A stretch of DNA of 64,000 nucleotides, taken from the NCBI GenBank assembly GCA_036172245.1, contig JAYWIR010000010.1:2480001-2544000 (forward strand). The letters are read 5' to 3'. Shown piece after piece: positions 53,118 through 62,646 of the stretch. How positions within the stretch are numbered: the first letter of the stretch is position 1; each line of letters starts with the position of its first letter. The DNA is from Raillietiella orientalis (Eukaryota). Position numbers and translations under genes: made by a program. The notes beneath the pieces were generated by a model that saw nothing but the letters and a program-made list of their open reading frames with translations, ran no database searches and was not told where the DNA came from.

Positions 53118-53258
53118 TTAATTTTTCTTTTCTATAACTTTAAAATTGTTATTTAATTCTTCTTGTTTTTTTAAAAATTGATCAACTCTATTCATCATAC
53201 ATTTATCACACATATATTGAGTTAATCATAATCTCTTACTACAATATTTACATCCCAT
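53118..53258 (-). CDS. Small zinc-ribbon-like phage protein (CxxC..CxxC), ~46 aa in code 4
   Basis: MGCKYCSKRL(TGA)LTQYMCDKCMMNRVDQFLKKQEELNNNFKVIEKKN*. Confidence 0.5.
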
Positions 53259-53547
53259 TACTTTTTCTTTTCTACAATAGACTTAATATCAACAATTTTA
53301 CCTTCTCATGAAATTTCAACATCATAATAAAGGCCAATTTCAATTGTCATTTTAGACAATTTTATTGATAAATCACTATTAGCAAGAACTCATTTGTCCT
53401 TTGACTTCTCACCAGTAGCAACTTTTATCTGTTTCATAAAACGGCGAAAACGTAAGAACAGTATAATTATTGTCCTTACCTTTATTGTCTTTAATAATTT
53501 TGTCAGTTTGTCAATCTGATAGTTGACATAAAAAATTTTGCACAAAT
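53248..53547 (-). pseudogene. Putative ssDNA-binding-protein-sized phage ORF, frameshifted
   Basis: GGAGG SD; ..IIKDNKGKDNNYTVLT.. then ..KQIKVATGEKSKDK(TGA)VLANSDLSIKLSKMTIEIGLYYDVEIS(TGA)EGKIVDIK. Beta-rich and immediately downstream of rep, like gene V of inoviruses. Function inferred. Confidence 0.4.
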
Positions 53548-53795
53548 GCTTAACCTCCCGATATTTAAGTTACTAAATGGAACTAAGTTAGGATAACAAA
53601 AGAATCTTAATTATAAACATACATAAAATAAAAAAAATGTCAATAAACATAACAAAATAGATATTAGTGAAAATATCGGGTAATTACTAATATCCACTAC
53701 CATTATATATATACATAATCGGATAATTCGTGGGTATTAGTGGATATTACAATATACAATACAAATAAAACACTCGTAATATATACACAAGTGTT

Positions 53796-54727
53796 TTATT
53801 TAAAATTAATGTAGAACTTTTCTTTCTCAACAAATATTTTTTCAACTTTATTACCAAAAAATTTATCTAAAAAAGTTAAAAAAATTTCTTTACAAGTAGT
53901 CCATGGCTCAAATTGCTTAACTGCATTTCTAAAACGTACACTATCAATTGAAATATAATCATTATAATCAATAAAACCATCATTTCTAATAGTAGTATCA
54001 AAACTACCACAAAAAGCATAGTACTACCGAAAGTAACAATTTTTTTTCTTAAAAAGCATTGAATGTATTGCCTTAATTGAAGCGTCAATTGAACGTTGGT
54101 ACAACATTACTTTTTGACCCTTAATAACCTTAGGTCAAGTACGAGAAAAAGCATATGCACGAACACCTAAATCAAACATATTTTGAGATTTCATATTATT
54201 TTGAACTTTAACAACATACTTTGCCAAATACTTAACTACATTTTCATTAGTACCTTTTTGAACAACTCTTACATCATTAATGCTCATCATTGTGGCAACA
54301 TACTTTTATGTATTTTTCTATTAAAAAGTATATGAAAATGTACTGCTCCACGTTTTTGATGTTCATAAACATACAGATATTTTAAATTACCTAAATATTT
54401 TGCACGTTTAGGATTATTTCATCACTTTTTCAAACGCTTAAAAAATAATGAAATATGATATTTTGCCAATTAAATATCTTTCATATTTTCAGCATAAGTA
54501 AGGGTAAAAAAACTTAAAACTTTACTATCATAAAAATTATGATAAGCACGATGAATAAGATTAGTCTTAGTACGAATAGTGCTATTTCCTAATTTCTTAT
54601 CATTAATTCCTAAATTTTTTATACCTTGTCCATTACGTTTATTATTTAAAATTGCTTCCATAGGAAAAACTACATTTTTAAGCTATCAACCAGAAAATGT
54701 TTTTTTAATATAAAAATTTTCTTCCAT
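53796..54727 (-). pseudogene. rep: Rolling-circle replication initiator (HUH endonuclease), disrupted
   Basis: Motif I SFFTLTY, motif II YEHQKRGAVHFHILF, motif III KYLAKYVVK; GGGAG SD; TAA at 54470 and several frameshifts. Confidence 0.85.
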
Positions 54728-55096
54728 ATATAAAACTCCCAATATTTATTATTAATCTTATATACTTCATCATTAATATAATACCATAAATTAAAAATAA
54801 AAATAAAAACTCAAGGTGAATTCTGTTACTTAATCTAGATAATTGTACAATATATATACTAATTAGTGAATTATAAATAATAAAATTTATAAATTTAAAT
54901 ATTTTTTTCTTCATGTAATAGTAACGTATTTGATAATTCATACCGGTATATCCTAGAAATTAAAATCATTCCATTACCTTTTTATTAATATTTGTATATA
55001 CATATTGATGTTTTATGTGTTAATTAATAATTTTTAATTTACTTAACAGTTCTTTTACTATTTATTATATATTATTATTTAGTATATATTATAGTG

Positions 55097-55198
55097 TATC
55101 TAATTATCTATATTTAATATAGATAATTAGATAATAATTCGAGTATATACCGGTATATTTAATATAGATAATTAGATAATAATTCTAGTATATACCGG
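55097..55198. repeat. Putative plasmid replication origin: two 45-bp tandem repeats overlapping a 37-bp palindrome
   Basis: 55109-55153 and 55154-55198 are identical except one g/t; 55097-55133 has 18-bp inverted arms; directly upstream of the Rep_3 gene. Confidence 0.75.
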
Positions 55199-55240
55199 TA
55201 TATATGTTACAATTATATATATGTTTAAAGGGGTAAGATT

Positions 55241-56116
55241 ATGGCAAAATGTTTAGTTAACAAACAAGAGAATAAATTTATTAAAAAATCAAATGTGATT
55301 GTTCGTGCAGTAACAAATGATTGTGCTGGGATGATGACTCAAAGGTTATTTAATTTTACCATTTTAAATTCTTTACATAAATTAGATTGAAATAAACAAG
55401 AAAAGCATAAATATTTGGAATGTTGAATTACTGATTTTTCTAAATATTACGGTATTGCTGAAAGACAACTTTATAAGGTTATTCATAAAAACAAAGAAAT
55501 GACAGTAATTCAAAAAGGAATAGAAATTTTAACTACTTATAAATTTTTTTTATTTGATGAAAATAGTGGAGATTCTAAATTTGTGAATTTATTTTTAGAA
55601 GGTGGAAATACACAAGGAAAAATTTGTTTAGAAATTCATCAAAGTTTAGTAGCAGAACATTATTTAAATTTAAAATCTAATTAAACAAATATTTATTTAC
55701 CTTATACAAAAACTGTCACAAGTAAACATTCAATGAGCTTATGTGAATATTTACGTATTTATTTATATATGAATGCAAAAACCAAGAGAACGCCAACTTA
55801 TCAGCGTATTTGAGATTTCGAACTTGCTAAAATTTTAAATTAAAGTTTAAACAGTAGTTATTTTAAAAATACTAGTATTTTAAAAAAACAAATTTTAGAA
55901 CTAGTTAAAAAAGATTTGTTAAAAAGTGATATTATTTTTACTTATGAATTAATAAAAATTGGTAGAAAATATAGGAAAATAATTTTAAATACACATTTAG
56001 ATTTAAAAAAATTTAATGCTCAAAATCCTGAAATTGAAAAAATCATAACTAAAAAAGAAAATGTAAAGAAAGAAAAATCTTTGCAATTTTTTACTAATAA
56101 GATTAAAAAATTTTAA
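55241..56116 (+). pseudogene. Plasmid replication initiator, Rep_3/RepB family, two in-frame stops
   Basis: IKKSNVIVRA, YLNLKSN*TNIYL..TSKHSMSLCEYL, FTYELIKIGRKYRKI; one frame throughout with TGA=Trp and TAA at 55682 and 55841; AAGGGG SD. Confidence 0.8.
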
Positions 56117-56272
56117 AATAATTGAAAAACCAATTTTAAGTGAAGATGAAGTAAAAAAGATTATGCAAGATTTTGATAATCATTAAATTATTAGGTAATA
56201 ATATTTATGTAATAGTGTGTATTAATGTTTACAAATGTGTATTATAATTAAAAATTGAATGTTGGTATAATA

Positions 56273-57055
56273 ATGAAAATGATTAGTTTTTGTAACAGTA
56301 AAGGTGGAGTTGGTAAAACAATATTAACAATTAATGTTGCTCAAATATTAGCTCAAATCGGTAAAAGAATTTTATTATTTGACTTTGACCCACAGGCAAA
56401 TTTAACAAATACCTTATTAGATAATCATATTGATAAATGGAATATCTAAATGAATTTTAGGTGCAGATAAAGATATTTTAATTGAAATAATTGTAGAAAG
56501 GGACTTTATCAGGGATTTTTTTAGTACCTTCATATTCAAAAATGGTTTTAGAGACAAATAATATTGTTTTGAATCAACCAAATTTTGAGTTTAGATTTAA
56601 AATGAATTTAGAAGAAATTAAAAATACATTGAATATTAAATTTCATCATATTTTTTTTTGATACACACCCATCTATGAATACAGTTTTATTAAATGTTTT
56701 ATTAGCTTCAGAAGAAATAATTGTTCCAACTGAGCTACATTCATATAGTTTTGAAGGTATTACTACTATGTTTAAACCTTATTTAGAAACAATAAATATT
56801 TCTAGAAAAATGGGAATGAATATAAAAAATAATATGAATTATTATGCTTTCAATAAAATTTTAAAAAATAAATTACATCAAAGTGTTTTTGAACTTATTT
56901 CTCAAAATGAAATAGGTACAAAATTGTTAAATACACATATTCCTCTATCTGCTACTAAGCAAAAGGAAACAATGTTACTTAAATTTGCATCAATAACTGA
57001 AAAGAATCCAATTTATAAAGTAGTTATGGAATTAAATAACAAAGGAGTTATTTAA
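56273..57055 (+). pseudogene. parA: ParA/Soj partition ATPase, frameshifted
   Basis: Deviant Walker A NSKGGVGKT, LLFDFDPQANLT, Walker B region IFFDTHPS, ASEEIIVP; frame breaks around 56445-56520. Confidence 0.88.
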
Positions 57056-57057
57056 TT

Positions 57058-57336
57058 ATGTATAACAAATTACTTGCATCACTGAAAAGCAAAATTGATA
57101 CTAGTGCTAGTCAAATACCAAAAGAAGAGAATATTTTTGAAATAAAAAAAGAAATAATTCAATCCGAAACCAAAGATGAAACAAAAATCATTAGAAAAAA
57201 TATTTCAATAACTTTAAAACAGCAGATGATGATAGATGAAATGTCAAAAAATAATTATGAAATCAATTTATCATCTATAGCCAGACGTGAAATTGAAAAG
57301 ATATATAATGAATTTAAGTTTAAAAAAAATAATTAA
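57058..57336 (+). CDS. Small ParA partner with a C-terminal ribbon-helix-helix-like region, 92 aa
   Basis: AAAGGAG SD; starts 2 nt after parA; IIRKNISIT (strand) LKQQMMIDEMSK (helix) NLSSIARREIEK (helix). Layout of type Ib partition systems. Confidence 0.6.
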   Translation: MYNKLLASLKSKIDTSASQIPKEENIFEIKKEIIQSETKDETKIIRKNISITLKQQMMIDEMSKNNYEINLSSIARREIEKIYNEFKFKKNN

Positions 57337-57349
57337 TTTAAAAATAAAT

Positions 57350-57369
57350 ACCCAACATTAAAGTTGGGC
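57350..57369 (+). terminator. Short hairpin after the par operon, possible terminator
   Basis: cccaac-attaaa-gttggg just after the stop of the RHH gene. No U-tract on the plus strand. Confidence 0.3.
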
Positions 57370-57434
57370 AGTGCGAGGGATATACCCCCTTACACAGTAT
57401 TATCTGTACTACCTTACAAGAAAGCGAACTTTAT

Positions 57435-57810
57435 ATGCAACAAAAATGCTGATGAAAGTTAAGAAACGGTATGGGAGTTCGTATTCAACTCCCTAATGAT
57501 ATTGACAAAGAAACGGGTAAACAAAGGTATCGTCCAGCAATAGTTATTAAGTCTTATTCAAGCCATGTAAAAGTGAATTAATGACAACTGAATTAAGTAG
57601 TCATGATTACTTTAAAATTAAAATTGATAATCAAATTCAATACATAAGGCCAATTTATTTTAGAACAATATCTTTTGAACAAGTTAATAGAATTTGACTA
57701 GATAGAAATAATAATGTCATTATAATAAATAAGACAAATAAATTTTTTAAAAACTCGGTGCAATGGAGTTTAAAGAAATTGTTGATGAAGAACTGTGTTT
57801 TTTTTAAAAA
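57435..57810 (+). pseudogene. PemK/MazF-like toxin, frameshifted
   Basis: TVWEFVFN / PNDIDKETGKQRYRPAIVIKSY..VKV / LMTTEL..IYFRTISFEQV..; RPxxVI and downstream TT pattern of PemK-family RNases across two frameshifts. Confidence 0.55.
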
Positions 57811-58040
57811 AAAATAACATTTCTTACTTAAATATTAATGTATAAATAAAACTCTTACTTAGATAAGTAAACAAAATGAATATTTTACTTTCATGTAGTA
57901 ATATTGACGCCTAATTTTAAGTTATCATTTCTAACAACTTTTTTATTTATGGTGACATTATAAAAATATGTTAGTATGTAAATAAGAATAGATTTTACTA
58001 AGTTATCGTTCGGATGTGATAAATATAGAAAATAATAGGT

Positions 58041-58345
58041 ATGGATTAAATTATATTGATATTGCAGAATATTTTTATAATAATATAGAGTATATTAATG
58101 ATTTAAAATTACAAAAACTTATGTTTTTTGCTTATGTTGAATATTACAAAAAATATAAAAAAGAATTATTTGATAATTTTGAAGCATGAGTTTATGGTCC
58201 TGTATTACCAGAATTATATCATAATTTTCATAAAGTTTTATTAAATAAAGAGTATAATGAAGAAATTATTAATGAGAAAAAAGATGTTAAAAGAATTTTA
58301 GATGATATTATTAAAAAGTATGGTAAAAAAGATGCTTTTGAATTT
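58041..58345 (+). pseudogene. Panacea-domain (DUF4065) antitoxin, 5' frameshift and 3' truncation
   Basis: YIDIAEYF..INDLKLQKLMFFAY..LFDNFEA(TGA)VYGPVLPELY..IIKKYGKKDAFE, then abrupt join to the IS256 3' region. Confidence 0.82.
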
Positions 58346-59617
58346 TGAATTTTAATTTTGAATGGGCATTGTTCATTTTTTTTGTTATATTTTCAATTGC
58401 TAAATAAAATATTTTGAAAACTGCCATATCATTAGAAAAAAATTTTTATTTCTGATAACTTTTCGTAACTGACTATTAATTGATTCAATGGCATTTATTA
58501 TATAATTTACTTTTTTGATTTCTGCAGGATAGTTAATAAAAACCATTAAATTTTCTCAATTTTTATATCAAGATTTAGCAATTTGGGGATTTTGTTTAGT
58601 TCACTTACTTTCAAATGATTCTAAAGCTTGCATTGCTTGCTCTTATTACATGCGCTATAAATTGGTTTTAAATCTGCCACTAGAGATTTTCAATGCTTGT
58701 GTGAAACATATTTTAAACTGTTTCTTATTTGATGAACTATACATAATTGATGTTCTGTTTTAGGATAAACTGTTTGTATTGCATCTGACATGCCTGTTAA
58801 ATTATCACTACAAGCAATAAGAATACCATTTAAACCACGATTTTCATTTCTGTGAAATTAGCTAACGAAAACTTGACACCTTCATTTTCACTAATTCATA
58901 AACCTAAAACATCTTTTTTTTACCTTCTAAATCAACACCTAATGCTATATAAACAGATTTGTTAATAATGCGTGTATTTTGTCGTACTTTAACTACTATG
59001 CAATCAAAATAAACAATTGGATAGACACTATCTAATGGTCGATTTTACCATTCTTTGACATCATCAATAATATCATCAGTAATTTGACTAATAACACTTT
59101 CACTAATATCAGCACCATGATATAACTCTTGCAATTGCAATCTAATATTTGATAAAGTCATACCTTTTGCATATAATGAAAGAACTTGCTGATCAAAACC
59201 ATCAAATCTTCTTTGTCTTTTTGCAATTATTATTGGTTCAAAATTACTATTACGATCTCTTAATACATCAATTTCAATTTTGCCTTGTTGTGTTATTATT
59301 TTTTTGATGTTGTACCATTACGAACATTATCACTGTTACTACGTTGATTTCTATTATCTCCTAAAGAACTTTGTATTTCAGAATTTAACATTTTTTCTAC
59401 TAAAAGTTTTGTTAATTTTTTATATAGACCTCCTTTTTTTAAATACTGTTGTTAAATCTTCAGTATTTTCTAATAATAAATCCACTGCTTGTGATATTGG
59501 ACCATTATTATTGATATTTTGTTTTTTAGACATATGTAACTCGCTCTTTCTAGTTTTATTATAGAACTAATTAAACGTAGTTATTTTTGTAAGTTACACA
59601 GATTACTAAACATTACC
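58345..59617 (-). mobile_element. IS256-family insertion sequence, transposase disrupted, right end missing
   Basis: ATG at 59533; [74 protein letters not shown]; left end GGTAATGTTTAGTAATCTGTGTAAC at 59617; several stops and frameshifts. Confidence 0.92.
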
Positions 59618-59824
59618 TACTAGCAAGAAAAATTTTTATTAATCGTATAAAATTATCACTTCTAATGAGCTCTGTACAACTTGTTCCATTTGTGCTCATT
59701 ACTAAAAAAATAAAATCTCAATACGAAACTTGTCTTAAAACAACAGTATTATTTATTGATAATTGTTTGGCATTATTTTGCTTGGTAATCATATAAAAAA
59801 CCTCTCATCTTCGTTATGATTTTA

Positions 59825-60098
59825 ATAGTGAATTTAACTTTGAAGATGTCCATCTGTTGCATTAGTTTCATCTTTATTCTTAGCATTAGCACCTGCTATT
59901 AATGATGTTTTTAATGCTTTCAGTTTTTTTGATTTTCATCAATTTTGGCAATTAATATTCTCAACTGATTTTTTTGTTCATCAATATGCATGGCATTGTC
60001 TTTACTTTTTTTCTTTGCAAAAACCTAACAGTATAAGTTGTTAAAGCACTAATAATAATGGTAACTGATGACAAAATCGCTGCTATAAAATCTTCCAT
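59825..60098 (-). pseudogene. Mollicute hypothetical protein with an N-terminal TM and coiled coil, frameshifted
   Basis: MEDFIAAILSSVTIIISALTTYTVRFLQRKKVKDNAMHIDEQKNQLRILIAK... Confidence 0.4.
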
Positions 60099-60284
60099 GT
60101 ATTTTGCTTTAACAAAAAAAATGTGTTTTTATACAAAACACACTACAGAAGTATTTGTAATGTATTATGTGCCTTTATAAGATATAAAGATTAATATTTT
60201 ACATCTCTAATATAATAGAAAGCACAAAAAATAGCAAGAGTAAAATAATTATTTTGCTGACAATCTTAAACTTGTCCATTATTT

Positions 60285-60812
60285 TGCTTTATTATTAGCA
60301 CCAAAAGAGATAATTTTTGTGATGCCATAGTTTTGACTGCTTCTTGGCCAGCATTAACCAAATTTACGAGCATCAAAACTAGTAGGATTAACACTAAATC
60401 ATTATTTAAGGGCATTAGCATAAGCAAGTTTTAAATCAGTACCAATATTAATTTTACTAATACCGAAACGAATTGCTTTTTTGCAAATCAGCAAGTGGCA
60501 CTTATGGCACTGGCACTATGTAAAACTAATGGAATGTTAATAGCAGCGCGAAGCGCGGATAATAATGAAAATTGTAAGGCAACTTTGCCACGATAAAGAC
60601 CGTGAGTAGTGGTGCCAATAGCAATCGCCGGGGCATCAACTTTCGTTTGTTCGACAAACTTTATTGCTTCATCAACATTAGTATAGCCTTTATTATCACT
60701 ATTACGGTGATCTTCTTTCCCGCCAACATGACCAACTTCAACCCCTTTACTATGAGCATATTTAACAACTGTTTGTGTTGCTTTGACATTAGCAACAAAG
60801 TGAACAGTTGCC
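60285..60812 (-). pseudogene. Class II fructose/tagatose-bisphosphate aldolase, C-terminal half, disrupted
   Basis: NVKATQTVVKYAHSKGVEV-GHVGGKED..YTNVDEAIKFVEQTKVDAPAIAIGTTTHGLY..IPLVLHSAS / KAIRFGISKINIGTDLK. N-terminal half absent at the junction; EAE motif deleted; stops and frameshifts. Confidence 0.9.
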
Positions 60813-61806
60813 AAAAGAGAAGCAGAGAAAAATGAGAGACTTTACGGTTTCTGCTGGAAAGTACAAGAACACCAAAATGTCCAACAAGCAGAAAGTAGTT
60901 GGAGTATAGAAGCACTCCTTGGAATGACTGCAGAACAGCTCTGAGAACACATCGAGTATATCCTCGAGGCTGGAAAACTGGGGACGGGGCCCTTGGTGGA
61001 AGTGCCAGTGTTTGCAGAAACTGATGACTTTTCCAAACTCGGACAAAGAGGAGAAGTCTACACGTTGGCAATGGAAAGTTTTCAACGCCACAGTGGAGGA
61101 GCAGAAAAACAGAGGACTCGATCGATTTTTCGCGAAGAAGTATGTAGGGGTGATCAAGGACGAGAACGTCTGGATGGGGAGCGCGGGACAAACGTGTGCA
61201 AAGAGGAGGCTTACCTCCGGAGGAAGCTATCACGAAGATAAAGGGACGCTCGAGAGGAAAGTTCCATGAAGTGCGAAGCGCGCGATCCATTCAGCGTTTC
61301 CCTTGGAAACCGATCCGCCGGCTTGCACTGATGGCCAGAGAGAAGCAGCAACTGGGGAATCTGAATCGAGCTTGGCCGTCCAATCTAACAGGCATCTCCA
61401 AGAAGGGCCTCTATCCTGCAGAGTGGTTTTGCGATCCGCAAGGGGGGAGGAGGAGGAAATAGGAAAGGAATGCCTGGAGCCCGGATTGATTGCCGCCGTT
61501 CAAGCTGGGAAGGAAAATCGTATCGAAGAAACCATGCGGAAATCACTGATTTTGTAAATTCCTTGTTCATAGCAGTAGTGGTAGTAAAAGGAAACAACAA
61601 CAAAAAAAAAAAGACTATAGTCTCTTGGGACCGAAGTAAACGAAAAGACTCGTTTGAAACCATTTTGGTTTTAGAGAAATGTGGGCGCGTGACGGTGGCT
61701 CCGTGGAGCGGAAACACGCAGAAGCCATTCAATTGTTCGCCGGGCGATTGTTGGACTTCGTGGTTCACACGCGTGGAAGTCAGCTGGAAAAAATTCGCCT
61801 GTGGGG

Positions 61807-62646
61807 ATGAGCTCTAAACAAAATCGTGGAGCAAACACCAAAAAGCGCGTCCGCAAAAAAACGCACAAGGAGAACTCATTCCTGGAATCGCAGGAAACCC
61901 TGAAATTCGTCGGGAATTCCAATTCATCCCAGCTTTCCGAAACGTATTCGTTCATCCAGAGGAAGCTCCACGAAACCAAATACCTTTCGAATAAGATACA
62001 GGAGCACGGAACGCTTTCTCCTGTGACCAGCAGTAGCTTCCTCATCGCTTCTCTGAAGGAGCAGACGCAGCAGATGTTTGCCCTTTTGCTCAATGAAAGC
62101 GATGCTCCGGGCGACGACGGTGACATCAAGAAGAACGCTCCTGGCAAGAAGCGAAGTCTGCCCGCGCAAAGGGAGAAGCTGCAGACCGGGAAACTGACGA
62201 AGTCTGAAGCATCGGACTGCACGGATATCACGCTGACGCAGTTGAATGCGTTGCGTGGGAACACTGCCTTCAGCGGTCACGGTGCGAACGGTCCCGGTAA
62301 GAAGGGTAGGAATGGGAAAAGAGGAAGGAAGCAAAACTCTGCCGATGACACGTATCTGGTTCCTTTTTCACCAAGTTCTCAAACGGACTGCAAATCTGAT
62401 GATGTTCCCTGCGTGCCGGGAAACGATGCCGAGTGGCAGTTTCCAGACACTCTCTTTCCAAATTTAATAACTGAAGAATGGATGCAATCCGACCTTCCCT
62501 GCGTTCATGCTGAAGGCTCAACCGAAGCAGCCAACGCAGACAGCAGCCAAGGATATCACTTTCAGCTGGGACCAGAATCCAATGTGCTCCCGTGGCTGGC
62601 AGAATCGTACGCTCTGCTCTATCAGAACGAACAGTCCACAGTGTAG
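61807..62646 (+). CDS. Uncharacterised intronless ORF, 279 aa
   Basis: ATG-initiated 840-nt frame in moderate-GC DNA, followed by AT-rich simple repeats; basic NLS-like clusters (KKRVRKK, KKGRNGKRGRK) and an acidic/aromatic C-terminus. No family recognised. Confidence 0.5.
   Translation: MSSKQNRGANTKKRVRKKTHKENSFLESQETLKFVGNSNSSQLSETYSFIQRKLHETKYLSNKIQEHGTLSPVTSSSFLIASLKEQTQQMFALLLNESDAPGDDGDIKKNAPGKKRSLPAQREKLQTGKLTKSEASDCTDITLTQLNALRGNTAFSGHGANGPGKKGRNGKRGRKQNSADDTYLVPFSPSSQTDCKSDDVPCVPGNDAEWQFPDTLFPNLITEEWMQSDLPCVHAEGSTEAANADSSQGYHFQLGPESNVLPWLAESYALLYQNEQSTV

Larger units (their letters stand above)
50184..54727 (-). mobile_element. Truncated plectrovirus-like (filamentous ssDNA phage) prophage with a rolling-circle Rep
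   Basis: Co-oriented order: HUH Rep, hairpin-rich intergenic region, ~95-aa SSB-sized ORF, small Cys-containing ORFs, a run of 60-130 aa hydrophobic ORFs, then a larger secreted-type ORF. This is the inovirus/plectrovirus layout. No pI/Zot-like ATPase seen. Confidence 0.78.
48470..60812. other. Mollicute (probably Spiroplasma)-derived DNA block embedded in animal sequence
   Basis: Abrupt drop to very low GC; intronless, tightly packed ORFs with GGAG/GAGG Shine-Dalgarno motifs; TGA at conserved Trp positions (FEA-TGA-VYGPV in Panacea, AKS-TGA-YKN-TGA-ENL in IS256); plectrovirus-like, plasmid and IS genes. Confidence 0.93.

Noticed and set aside
55097..55198. Tandem repeats as a possible CRISPR array
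   Set aside because: Two contiguous units with no spacers and no cas genes; better explained as origin repeats.
57370..57445. GTGCG-starting segment suggestive of an oriT or group II intron 5' end
   Set aside because: No relaxase or maturase nearby and no match to a nic motif I can name with confidence.
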